Source: Chrysomallon squamiferum (Eukaryota > Animalia > Mollusca). Taken from it: DNA of 64,000 nt. Shown here one piece after another: positions 1-13,500 of the stretch. A program made the position numbers and the translations under genes. Numbering within the stretch: position 1 is the first letter of the stretch; each line of letters begins with the position of its first letter. The notes beneath the pieces were generated by a model, which made no database searches, was not told where the DNA came from, and saw only the letters and a program-made list of their open reading frames with translations. The stretch is from contig CM022671.1 in the NCBI GenBank assembly GCA_012295275.1, positions 12,834,001 to 12,898,000 on the forward strand. Reading direction: 5' to 3'.

Positions 1-189
1 AAAGTATATAGTCTAATCTGCTTTCAAAATGAAGATGTTTTAATTTTGCATGACAACAATTTCTCTTGTATTAAAGCAATTTTTCTTGGGTTTTTTCAGT
101 GACCATCACAAACAGATTTGATTGTATTTGTTTCTGATTTAGTTATTGGGTTTGCTGAAAAGATTGTTGTCTAATGTTAGTGAACTCAC

Positions 190-3100
190 CACAACATGAG
201 GAATATGTTCAGGCTCACAGCTAAAGAACTTGTCGTATCGGACAACAGTTTCAAAAAACTGAAGTTGGATAATCATGTGTCCACTAGAGCTGACTTGACT
301 TGTGATCAACTAAAAAAATAATAATATATACTCTTATTTATTTAGTTTTTTTTTAAGTTTTTAATTTTTTGTGGACAATTTTTAAAAGTTGTACTTACAA
401 ATGTATAAAATTAATTTTTTGTGTCAAAATGTTTCTTTGCTTCTTTATCAATATTGCTCTGTTGTAACATGAGGTATAGTGTTTTGAAGTATGTCTGAAA
501 TTTTCCAAACATTCTGTTGGATCTATGCAAAAAGAGATGAAAGTTCAGTAAAAAGATGAAAGTTATGCAACTGAGAAAATCAAAGTTAAACTTAGACAAT
601 ATTATTGCCCAATTGTCTTCTCAGTGTTTCCAAAGCTTGTCTAAGCTGATCTTTTCTATGTCTCAAACCTTTCCAAAAAGTAAAAAGTGTTTTCACTCAT
701 ACAGTCTGATATTTTATTTCTGTAAATATGTAAGAAATAGCAGTAAAACTAAAGAATAAATATTTGACAAAATAGAACATTTGTCATCTTTGGTGTGGGT
801 TTTGGAGTTCTTTTTTTGTTTGTTTTTAGTGTTATTAAACAACATATGACCCCTACATATAATTGACTTTGCATTCTACTAACCAGTCGCATCATCTCCT
901 GTAATGCAGATGTCTTAGCTGGGTTACCACTAAAATGATGTCCATGAGATGCCTACAGTGAAATAGAACAACAACAACAATAACTCATGACAACAGTTGC
1001 TTAACTATGTTATTCTCACATTATTCAGAATGACAAAATACAATAATGACAAAACCATAAAATACAAAAACAAAAAAAATCTATTATATTCTGTTTGACA
1101 TATGTCACTCTTAAAATACATAGATATACTTTCATTTCTGTAATGTTACCTATGAACTCCTCTGTAAGCAAGAAATATAAACATCATTTTGCTTTGTTTT
1201 ATGATAGGTCAAATATAATTCAAATGACTCATTAAGATGTGCACTGAACCATTTTTTTAATGAAAATAAATTTCATTACATTACTTACTGGTACAGCCTC
1301 TCCTAACATGTACATGAGAGTAATGGCCATTTCAACATCTTCTATACTGGCAGATTTCCACTGAGGTAGTATCTGACTAGTAAAATTGTGTACTGTCAGA
1401 AGAATGAGCTCTGAGTCCTGCAACAAAAATGCAAAAACAATATTTTTAAATAAATAATAATTAATAGACACAACAAATAATTCCATAATTCTTAAAACAA
1501 TTTTGAGTAAGTTCAAAAATATAACACTGTATTGAAAGTGTTAAGAAAAAAAGATATTTAAATTTAGTAATTAAATACACTGACCAGTTGGGCTAAATTA
1601 TTGAATATTGTCTTCATCTGTTTGCGATAATCCTGAAACATAGCTTCATCTTCACCCTGAAGTGATATAATTATTTAACAATAAATGTTCAAACAACTTT
1701 TATTAGATTTTTTTAAAATTGAAATCCCTAACTAAGACAAATGGAAAAAGAAATTTAAAAAATGACTTCTCTCAAATTTTTTTCTCATTTTTTTTTCTCA
1801 TTTTTTTTTAAATAAAGCAATCAATTATTTAAAATTTATATTTATTTGAGTAAAAATAATCCTTTTTCCTTACAGATATCATTCAAATGAAAAACAAATG
1901 GGTACATTTTAAAAACTTTGTAAATAAAAAGAGAAATTATTACTGCCAATACCTCCTGCTCAAAATTGTAGGATTCATCATATTTCATTTTCTTCACAAC
2001 AGTAATAAGCAATCCCTAAGAGAGGTTAAAAACAAGAACAATTCAGCAACTAAATAATCTGGTCACACAGACAACTCAATCATCTGATGCAACACTAATT
2101 ATATATTTTTATAATTTCTTTGTTCGCTAATGTTATTTAGAACTGTTATAATTTCTTTATTTATTAAATTTTTCACATTCATTCAAAATTTTAAAGCAAT
2201 CAAACATAAAATATATATTTGGTTATTTTTTGAAAAGAAAGATATGAAAATGAGCTGCATTAAAATTTTACTTGTTGTACATTGTTTTATAAAATTAAAC
2301 AACATGGTGCTGCAAGAGTTAGTCTTCAAAAACTACTAATAATTATTTTATTTCCAATCAATATTTTTATGAATTCATCTATTTCTATCCATGATCTGTA
2401 TTTTTAAGAGACATTTCAACAGATGTAAATGATAGCAGGCTTCATCATTATATAAAAGCTATATTTTCAATATCTGTTAACTCTTTTCAATTATTACAAA
2501 ATATATTCATTACTTCGTTCAAATACATATTTATGTGTCCATATATTAAGCTGTGATTAAATAAACCTCATTTCAAAAATTCAGTTCAACTTTACCTCAA
2601 TAATTTCATGCTGTTTCTGAGAAAGACTTGAAACTAGTTTCAAACTGTTGATATATTCTTGCACAAATACAGCCACAGCACCAGAAACATCATCATCATC
2701 ATCACCAAGAAAACGCAAAATGTATGTAATCTTTGCCTCTAGTGCTTGAAGAGTAACTGTAGCATTGTGCTCATCTCTATTTCTTACAAGTCTGAAAACA
2801 TTATAATCAACAGTTTTCTATATTTTTAATTATATATTTTTTTCAGACATAAGAATTTAGTCCGTCACTTTCCATAGAAGAAAAATCAATATTCAAATTC
2901 AATAACCAATAATTATTGAAAAGATGATAATAAAAATCAATGTCACTGATTTATATTGACAGATTGTTAATCTGAATTGCATCTAACAAAACAAAAAAAT
3001 AAGTTTCTCTTTTCCACTTTTTATTCCTTTTCAAAGACTACCAGCAGAGCTGAAAATATGGTAAAACAAAAATGAATAATGATCCCTAGTTTAGCATTCT

Positions 3101-6100
3101 CAACTGCTGAACTAGCTGTAAATTAGCAAAGAGAAAAACAGCTGACAAAACACTAAACAATAAATATATTATTAAAACAGATTATATATTTACTTCTGCC
3201 ATGCTGACAGTAAGGCTATACTAATTCCATTAATAAGTTTGGACAACTTAGCTAGAAAGTCTCCTTCTTCATCCTATAAAGGAAGAGAAAAGAATATTTA
3301 TGTTATTAGATATTGAAAGAAAAATCTTTTATAATTTTAAAGTCAAATTACATTTAGCAGTAATGGATACAAAAAAACAACAACAAATAAATAAATAAAT
3401 AAAATTTTAAAAATTATTAATCAAGAAAATCATGAATCTGATTGCTGCAAATTAGAAGTTTCTAGAAAAGATTTGTTCATACTATAACTAATCTTAGTTT
3501 GTACATGTTACAAATAAAATAATTTAATGAATCATCATACCTCAGGGGGGTTCAGAATTCCAGAACTTTCCAGTACTGTCATAAAAGATTCCACCAATGT
3601 TGTCTTGGCTACTGGGTCCATACCTTTGCTGACAATTTCATGAATGCAATCACAGGCACTTTCTCTTAGTAGTGACATTGACAGAAACCGCAGAAGAACT
3701 GTGACAAATTTGTTGTTAGCAATAAGACTGATGTCAATCCATGACACATACTTTCCAACAACATCTAAACACAAACAGGTAATCTCTGGTTTTGATGTTT
3801 CATATCGAGTCTACAAGCAAAACAAATTTACTTTTGAAAGAGAAAATAATAATAATAAGAATAAAACATATAAATTAAAAAGAAAAAGCTAGAAGCAAAA
3901 ACAAACAGAAATTTAAATAATAATAATAATAAATGTATTATAATCATTTTGAGTGTCCATAGCTTTAAGAAAAGCTATATATCTCTCATAAAATCCATTC
4001 TGACTTCTAATGACAGTGATCATTTTCACTACATATTATATAATATTCTGTGTAACAGGAATTTAATCAATACTTTTTCGCAAAAAGATTTGTCAGTAAT
4101 ACAACACATCATAAGATCAATCATTTCTACAAAATATTTAGATAAATAATTTTAATATTGTAAGCATATTTTGATAAGCATGTTTTTGCATGGTAGAATA
4201 TAAATTCACCATTATCTGTTGCCAAGAATCTGTCAACTGTGATACACTGTGTTCTCTCATAGCATCCTTGATAAGTGTGTTGCGACGACATTCCTAGATA
4301 TAAAAAAATAAATATAAAATATATGACTATAGAAATAAAGATGGAAAAACACAGAATGCTACATTTGATTATATTTCAAATCTTTTATTTATATGATCTT
4401 ATAATATGTAACAAAGTAAGCAAAGAGTATTAGCCCTAAAACTTTAATTTAAATAAATTATAAATGATTTTTCAAACAAGACTTATTATTTCTTTTCTGT
4501 ACCTCAGTGGTATGAATTATTTCTCTGTCCACCACCTCTTCATCAATTGCAAGAAGAATTCGCAGGTACATGTCTACTGCCAGTGACCCAAGATTCAGTG
4601 TTGACAGAATATCAGAAAAGAAAGATGACCATCGGTATGGGTAATCCACAACAAATGCAAGGGAAGTAATTTGTGCCACTTTATTGCGAATGAAGTTTTT
4701 ATTACAGCTGGCTTCATTTCCCTGCAAAAAGTAAAATAAAACTACATTCATTATGAACTACACATGAAACAATTTCTATTACTAAATGTTAGCCTAACCA
4801 TAAACAATCAATTCTGTGATTATAAAAAAATATGGATAAAGAATCATAAAATAGGCATTAGCATTTTTGGCAGAATTAAGAATAAAAAATGAATTAGGAA
4901 ATAAAACAAATATAAAAAATAATAACATATTTGTCACACATTAAATAGAAACCAGAATTAGAATTAAATGTTGTGATTTAAAACATGCAGAGATATAAAT
5001 ACCTCCATCTGCAGACATGTCATGACCAATGCTTTAATGTTTGACTGATCTTCATTGTTTGAATGTACGTATCTAAAAATAAAAATATTTTGTTTTAAAA
5101 TTCAAACACATATTTCTTGTTAATTCTAATATTAAATACATGCTTATTTATTTTTTACAAATGGACAAGATCAAGCAAAATGAAAAATTTCTTTAAAAAA
5201 TTAAAATAAATACAGGATCCTTAAAAGTATGGTTAGAAAAATATTAATGTCTATTTTCTAGAAATATTTACTTTTCAAGATAAACCAAGTTATACTAATT
5301 TTAGCATATCCTATTTTATTATATGATAAGAATAACTTTCTGTGGAAAACTTGTCTTTTTTAACAAGTACTTAAGAGTCAACTAATTTCTACAACATAAA
5401 TCTAACAACTTTAAACAGCATTCCTTCTTTACACATGTAACTTGATTTAAGTATTATAAATAATTTATAAAAAATACTGTGATGTTCTTTCATCAAATTA
5501 GCCTTTCATACTTGAAAACTTGAATGGTCAAGCAATTTTTTCCATTGGTATATACAGAACAATGGGCCACTGATTAAGTGGAATGAAATCTACCTGCCTT
5601 AGTCATCTGGTTTTTATAGTGCGGGTTCTCTTTACCTGATTGATAATTTCAAAGTTGTCTCAAATGTGGTTTTATCTATTTAAATACCAGTTTATCAAAG
5701 ACCAAGGTATCTGGTAAAGGATCCTGTGACAGGAAAGGGATAGGTCACTAATAAAAGGTCTGCTTTCATGTTAACCAAACAATCTGGCAAATGACATAGC
5801 AATGGGAGTGTAATGGATTAAAGACAGAAAGCAGACACATGAAAAGAAAGTTGATGATGAAAAATACTAAGACAAAATACAAAGTTTTAATGGAGATGGA
5901 ATCAGGTGTAAAAACCAAAAACAAATAAATTGCTAAGGAAATTACTTTATCAACATGGATTAAAAATAAAGTAATAGTTCAAAAAGGTTATTTAAAGTTT
6001 GATGGTAATCATAAAAACATGAGAACAGTAATGTTTAATAACAAAAATAAAGATCTCCCAGTATTACAAAAACTGTAGAATTCATGAGAATGTTTAACAA

Positions 6101-8392
6101 TGTAAATTTTAAAGCTTTGTCTGAGTGGCTACATACATTTAAGAAAAGAAAAGGAATAGCTTTTAGAACATTTTGTTTTGAAGAAATGTCCAGTTTTATT
6201 GGGAATTTTTTGTAGAATGTTTGTGATTTAAAACATTTTTGTCATTTATGTGATTTTTAAATAAATATTTGTACTGTAAATCCAGTTCAGTATGGACTGA
6301 TTATTTTCACATTGTTTACAATCGTAAATTATATGAACAGTTATATGTTTTGATTTATACATGTATGTATCACCTGCTTTAACTGTTTTACATATGAATA
6401 AATGCGTGTGTGTGTATGTGTGTGTGCGTGTGTTTATGTCAAATTCATCGGAGTTCTGTCCTTTGTTTATTTTGTTATTTATTTACTGAAAGGGTTTGAT
6501 GTTTATCCATAAACCCATGCAATAAGTAGACTCAGCTAATCCTTGGAGCCTAGAAAGGTGCTGCAGATATTAATTAGGAGCAATAAAATATCTATGATCA
6601 TGAGACTAAGGGTATTAGACGTGCACATATGATAAGTGAAAAACAGAAATATAAATGAGCTTTCTTAATTTTATACTTGCTTTGATTCATCTATGTTTAT
6701 CTCAGTGAACACAAAGAAACCTTAAATATAATCATTATAAGTTAATCTTAACTGCATTGAACAAGTGGAACAGTTACAATGCCTTAAAGTAGATCATGGC
6801 TGTGCTCAAATCAAAGGATCTTACATGTCTGTTTACTCAAGTTTATCCTCCAGCTCCAACATTCTCAACAAGCACCCGAATCATGAAACTCATTGCAGGA
6901 TTATGAAAACATTTAAAATTGATTCTATGTGCTTAGCTTCTTTGAGCTCCAGTAATGTACAAGTTACATAATATTTGAGAAACAAACTCCAGTGTGTGAG
7001 ACCCTCTGATATTCCAGAAATCAACTGCTGACTTGATGTGTCATCTATTAAACCATGATTTCTGATTAATAAATCTGTTTTAAATATAAGCTGTGTTGTT
7101 TTTGTATCCATTCGTTACAAAGTTTTATAAACTGATTTATGATATTAAAACAAAAGTTATTAATTTTTTAGAGATGTAAAGGAACCATAGCTACAAACTG
7201 ATTGAAATGCAAGTTGTTATGAAAAACAGTTGTTCAATGTAAGTAATTTCATGCAGAAAAGTCAACAAATGTCCTCTGATACTGCTTGATCTTGCCCAAC
7301 AACATTTTCTCAGTTTTAATAACTTTGAAACTTTTTTCTAAATATATCTTTGCCTATAAATTCACATTTTTAAGTTATCAGATTACTGAAATATTTTCAC
7401 TTAATAAAAATGCATGATAAGTACATTTTTAATGTTACAAACCGTGTCTTAAGATAGTGTTCCACCACTTGTAGTAAGAAAAATTTAATGTGGTCATCCC
7501 TGAAACAAAACAGTTATAAACATTTAAGTCATCTTAAGACATACAACTGGGAAATGAAAATAATTTTGCGTATTTACCCAAAATTTTTACAAGATTTTAT
7601 TTGGTTAATAATAATAATAATAAAAAAGTACTGGGCTTTTTTTTCATATGCATAATACAAAAAACAACAACAACAACACTGATAGCAGTGGCTGCTAGTT
7701 TATGTGTGCACACTGACTAAGTGATGCATAACAAATTTTACCCATGATACATTCCACTTGTAAATGCTTGAGCACACAACTTCCAACCATTGGGAGAAAT
7801 TTTTAGCTGCTCAAAATATTCAATAGCCTGTAACATATATAAATAAAAAAATTATACAAAATAAAAATAAAATTAAATGACTGTCAAATACATGTATGTC
7901 AAAATCAGGACTTCTTACTTGTACATAACATCACAGTTTCACAGTAAAAGAAAATATCAGCCTCCATGTGCCTTTTCATGAGATTTTTATTACTTTGTAC
8001 AAAAAACAAAAAGTAAACAAACAATTGCAGGGAAATATGTAAAATGTATTCAGAGAAATTAAAGTGATGTAATCTTTAAAAACCCATTTGATGAAAAAGT
8101 GAAAAATAGCTCCCATTGTTTAAATGCACTTTTCTTACATATTCATTTGTACATAGGCATGTAATCATAACTTTAGTTGTAATAATGTTGGAGAAAAAAT
8201 TGAGCCATTCCAAAAAGCTCCATTAAAAATGTTAAATAATTTAAAAAAAGAAGTACAAAATTAAAAAAAATTTCATACGACAGGTTTTTTTAGATTGCAA
8301 AAATAAAATCTGAATTACAGAATAAGCAAACATACCCTTGACTGACCAAGTCCAGTGGATGAGGACAGTTCCCGAAGTGCTAATTCGTCCAT
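190..8392 (-). CDS. XPOT: Exportin-T (tRNA export receptor), N-terminal part; the gene continues off the left edge
   Basis: Frame-consistent GT-AG exons: 8392-8336 (MDELALRELSSSTGLGQSR), 7827-7742 (a donor at 7751 also keeps frame), 7499-7443, 5072-5003, 4721-4503, 4293-4210, 3810-3541, 3273-3194, 2791-2596, 2015-1953, 1656-1585, 1417-1289, 952-884, 309-190. Peptides FIRNKVAQ, AIDEEVVDREI, CLDVVGKYVSWIDISLIAN, KGMDPVAK, GEDEAMFQDYRKQ and FFETVVRYDKFF resemble exportin-T as I recall it. Confidence 0.95.
5540..7290. mobile_element. Heavily decayed insertion in the long XPOT intron, possibly a Penelope-like retroelement
   Basis: This intron is 2.4 kb while its neighbours are under 0.6 kb. It is less AT-rich, with broken coding-like patches (e.g. 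6570-6660, 6765-7111). No intact motif; the family is a guess. Confidence 0.25.
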
Positions 8393-9146
8393 ATTCCTCC
8401 CCTTTCTTGTCCACCAAAATAATTTCCATGTATGGCTTAATATGAATTTGGTTTACACTATAAAAAACAAGTTTAAAAAAGTAACATAAAGTTTCAGAAT
8501 AAAAGAGGAGGAGGGTGGGGACATGGGGCAAAGCCAACTTATTCCATCCCAAGAACTGGAAGATGTTTTCCAACAAGACAAATTCATAAGGTTTTTATTT
8601 CAGAAATTTTAAAAATGGACAAACTACAACACTTTATTGAGGTCCTGCATGTCAGCTGGATATAAGACTAGCATGCACATGATGAACTCATGTAATTGCA
8701 AAAATTACGTTTTTTGAAATGTGCTTAATGTGTGTGAGCGAGTGTGTGTGTGTCACTATTCACCGTGTGTAATAAAATAAATAATAATATTAAATATATA
8801 TAACAAACATCATTGTCCATCACATAGTGACATACCTACAATGAAATTGAAATGATTTGTGATATCCTTTAATTTATTACCAGTTAAATGCATTGTAAGT
8901 GTGTTTATTTTCGATTTTTAATTTTCTCGTTATTTTTTTTATAAACAAGTTCTTAATAAACTGTCCTAAATAAACAGCTCCCACGAAACAACTGAATTAC
9001 ATAAGACAGTTATGTGTGAGACAACAACATTATCCCATTTACCATAACTGGAAATTACCTGTCTTTATTGCTCAGAAACTCTTATTTTTAATCAAAACTA
9101 CTTTGGCTGTCATTACATATTGTGGTTCCACGTTTCGTCACCGTAC

Positions 9147-9200
9147 CATGCAACTTTCGCCTCCATGTTGTTAACTGGTTTTCTGCATCTTCATTTCTAC
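9147..9200 (-). other. Probable first (leader) exon of XPOT
   Basis: CpG-containing patch with a minus-strand donor TG|GTACGG at 9147/9146. A good acceptor (TTGTTTTTTATAG) lies at 8458/8457, upstream of the XPOT ATG. The 5' boundary is approximate. Confidence 0.5.
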
Positions 9201-10310
9201 AATTCCTATTGATACGAGGCGTACAAACTTTAAGATACAGTTTATGTCCTGCATAGGACGCAACACGTGGGGAGTAATTCCATTTCTGTTTACATTGTGT
9301 ATTACTGTACTGATTTGATTAAAATAATAAATAAACATGATGTTTATATTATTTAGTCACATTAATAGATCAGTTACAATAGAAAATGTAATTAAAAATG
9401 CCACTAAATCTGTAAATGGTAGCTGGTGCCACAAAAACTGAAGTAAAATATATATCATTATATAATATATGTATTCATCTTTTAACAATAACGTGCTGCA
9501 TGAATTCCAGGCTTGGTTACGCAAACAAAATACCCCCCCTCTCTCTGACTTTAATCCATTATCTATAGAACAAACCTATTTTATGTTAAAATATAAATGC
9601 ACGAGTGGTTGAGCATTTGCAACAGTTTAGCCTTTCTATTTGGCCCATCACCGATTTGATCCTTGTCTATTAAGATTATTTATTTAGTAATTTGATTAGC
9701 ATCTTTAAAAGAAATAAATATGCGTGTATGGATGTGTTTGCGTTTGGCACTGTTAGGCCCTAATTTGACCTTATTAGTCTGAAATACATTACATATATTA
9801 ATTTACAAAAATAATAATAAAAAATAAAATACATGAATCAAATATATATTATGTTTTTATAGCATTAAATGATTAATACTTTGAATTAAATATTGATCTG
9901 AGTATTTGTATTACATGTGTGCTGCATATATCTATTTCTTTTAAAACATATAAACATTGTCATTATATAAAGGCCTTTACTTACGTATTATGATATGCTG
10001 TTCCATAACACTATAAGTGCAGCTACAGTAAAATTCAATAAAAAGGGTTAAGTGGCACACTGATGATTACCTAAATTAAGGCAGTTAAAATATTAATAAA
10101 CAGTACGTGCACATACAGTAATTAAGATTTTAAATGATAAAAGAAAAAATGATATACGAAACCGAAACATTATAACAATCATTAGATCACTCAGGATATA
10201 TGCGCTATTGATGGTATTAAATATAATTTTTAAAAATGAAATTATAGACAGAGAGAGTACAAGTGAACAGAGCAGTATACAAATCGACACATTAGCTTTT
10301 TATTTTTATT

Positions 10311-10315
<5 letters not shown>

Positions 10316-10370
<55 letters not shown>
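10316..10370. repeat. (TTA)n microsatellite
   Basis: Seen directly; it explains the poly-Tyr ORF 10208..10420. Confidence 0.95.
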
Positions 10371-10517
10371 TTCGGTTGTTTTGTTTTATTTTACACTTGC
10401 GGTGTATCATGTTTAACTGAGTAATGCGTTCAAACAAATCTCTTTAAACTGGTTGCCAATGCTGAGAACCGCAAGTATTAATGTATGTTTAAATTTACAT
10501 TTATAACGAACCGTGAA

Positions 10518-10560
10518 CCAATCTACTAAAGCTGGTCACGTGGTTAGTGGCTCTCTTTTG
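10518..10560 (+). promoter_or_regulatory. RPL18A core promoter: CCAAT, E-box and polypyrimidine TCT/5'TOP initiator
   Basis: CCAAT 10518-10522, CACGTG 10537-10542 and CTCTCTTTT 10551-10559 just before the ATG at 10575. A TCT/TOP start is typical of ribosomal protein genes. Confidence 0.75.
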
Positions 10561-10574
10561 CTATCGTGTCCATC

Positions 10575-13500
10575 ATGAAAGCTCGTGGTGAAGTATGTGC
10601 GATTTCTAGACTACAATAAATTGTCGCTCATCTGAAAAAAAGAAAGATAAAATACAATTTTTTAAACTGACTTAACAGTTATAGATTTGTTTAAAGTAAT
10701 GTAAGCAATTATGTTTTTATTAACGGCAGTCATTTTTTAATTTTTAATACGAGATTTTGCCATGTGCTTTCAAAAAACCGGAAAACGCAATTTTTTATTT
10801 CTCGTATTCTCACATAATGATATAGTCTGTAAAGTCTAAAGCTGTACTGAATGTAAAAAAGACAGGAATCAAAGAGTAACCGTTCTAATTTTTCTAGAAA
10901 CAAAGCAGAGACTTGGTCCCTTGGTGCCGGCTAATGCTTTTACCGTTTGTTGTTTTTTTTTTTTTTTATAAATAACTGCTTAAAAGAAAGGGCTAAACAT
11001 TGATTGCATTTGGAAGCTTTTCAGTTATTACCAGTACAAAAATAATAAAGTGTCAGTGTGCGAAGGTGTGTGCAAACTTTCCAATTTAGTTGTCTTAATC
11101 TAAAGTTGAAACTTCTAGTAAAGTCAAGGATAAGAACACTCATAGAAGAAAAGCTGTTAACAAAATCATAATTAGTGGAATTTTTTTTTTTTTTTTGAAT
11201 GTTTCAAATGCGTTAATCATAATAAAACAAATTTATAAAATTATTTTTAGCTCAAGGAATACAAAGTCATTGGGCGTGGCATCCCCAGTGAGAAGAACCG
11301 TGTACCTCCCATCTATCAGATGAGAATATTTGCACCAGATCCTGCCACAGCCAAATCTCGATTTTGGTATTTCTCAAGTTTACTTAAGAAATTGAAAAAA
11401 GCTCATGGAGAGATCATCTGCTGTTCTCGGGTAAGATTTGGAATTAGTTCAGTATTCATTCAGCGGATCAGACGTTAATAGAACATGAACATATTATGTA
11501 CATCAGATTCAGTGTTACTTGTTGTTTTTTTTTTATGGTTTTTTTTTCCCATTAACTGACCATTCAAATACTGAAAACAGTCAAACATTAAATGTTGTTG
11601 ATATCGGTTTAAATGATGCATAGCATTTAAAATAATGTGGCAGTAAAATTATGAAAAATGTGTCAATTTGACAATTTTTAGTTTTTTGCAGATTTATATT
11701 TCAGAATGTCTGCTTTCAATTTCATTTAAAATTTATTTTTGAAGCTGTAAAAATGCATTTAATAACTACCAATTTGTATCTGTGTGCATTTTCTCTGAAA
11801 AGTCCTCAAAAGAGTGAAGTTTTAGACTCTAGTGACACCCATTTTCTTTACAGTAATGACCAAGTATTGCATGTGAAACTGATCAGTTAGTTCTATTGTA
11901 CTATTCTGTCATGATAACTAGGTCACATTTATATAAATCATTTTCTAATCCTGCCATTTAAAATAATTTCACAAAGAAAATATCTATCTTATGCAAGACA
12001 GTGGAAAGCAAGTAATCAAAGCAACACTTTGGTCAGAACTGACATAGAATCTGAATGTCAATCGCCTTTGTCTTTGTTTACTTTGGCACCTTCAGTATCA
12101 GACCTTCTGTTTTGGGCAGTAAAACTCAGAACATAATTTAAAAGGAAGACATGTCTATGTGCCTGTTGCTGAATGTTTGAAGATTTCAAGCAAGACTAAG
12201 AATTAAATAATAAGGTATAAACATGTTTCTCCTCTTATTTGCATTTTTTAATTTTTTGTTAGTCTGCATGCAGCACTGAAATTGACATTTCTTATGAACT
12301 ATCTATTCAATTCTAATGACTGTTGGCACATTTTTATATTAGTGTCTTACTGACATTACAACAGAGAACTGTTGGTGATATTTTTGATAGATCTCATTTT
12401 ATAAAGCGGTTTGTATGTGTTTTGGAAATTTGTCATTGTTTTCCAGGACCTTAAAAGTTTTGGAAAATAAGGTTTTGTTACCTTGGCTATGGAAAAGTTA
12501 TTGAAAACTATGTCCTTGCCGAAAATGAAATGTTTGTTTTACCAATATTTAGCCATGATCCCAAACTCAGGTTATCTGTGCTTGTACTTGAGCAGGAGAT
12601 GCATATTGCTAAAAACAACTGTATTTCATGTTTGGTATTCCAGTTTTCTAAATCTGTTTAATTATCAACAGTAGCTAACACTGTTGTGTTAGCACTAAGT
12701 GGTTAATGTAATTGATTACCTGTGTATATTGTTGCATTGTCGTAATTTTGGTATCAACATGCACACAGTGACGCACCACGTAATTAATGATTTAATGGAA
12801 CACCAATCAGCTGTTCCACCTAGTTCAAGTTTCTAAATGCAATAACATATCCTACTTACAGAAGTGGCTTTTACATTATTTGAAATTGAAAATCTTATAC
12901 AGTGCTCTATCAAAAAAAGATTAACGAGTTGTAGTCTGAAAAATATATTAATGTAGGTTTTTGCAGGTAAATGTAAAATTCAGCTGAAATGCTTTAATAC
13001 ATCAGACATTTTTATTTTTAGCATTGTATTTACATGGTGATCAATTAAAATGGTGCAAATGAAAACCCACAGGGTTTTTCTATCTTAAAGCAATATGTCA
13101 CATTAATGGATCATTGTAGTACAAATAAACATTGCCACATTGCTTTGTTGGAGGGGGAATGTTTGAGTGTCACCTTATATGTGTGGTGGTATATAATAAC
13201 CGGTTAGATGTGTACAATGTAATTTTGGGTTACAGCCTATTAAAGCAGAGAAATGTTTTCTGAAAAACCTGATTTTTTTATACAAAATCTGTAATTATTC
13301 TGAAAGTTTTAGTCCAATTTTGTTAATTCAAAAAGGATTTTGATCTGTAGAATATGGTTTATCTCATTCCATCAAAACCTGAGTTTTGATAATTTTCACC
13401 ATATGAGTGGTTATCCTATGCTGCCACACATATTTTGTTTAGTCTAGAATTACAGGGGCATGGGTGAGTGTTTAATTTTGACAAAAATAGCATTTATGTG

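Noticed and set aside
8241-8576. 111-aa minus-strand ORF as a standalone gene
   Set aside because: It spans intron sequence on both sides of the first XPOT coding exon; only the exonic part is considered, as the uORF.
10208-10420. Poly-Tyr ORF, and similar poly-Ile/Lys/Phe, HT and CV ORFs at 27710-28022, 36014-36235 and 57616-57948
   Set aside because: The runs are translations of microsatellites and homopolymers; only the true exon portions were kept.
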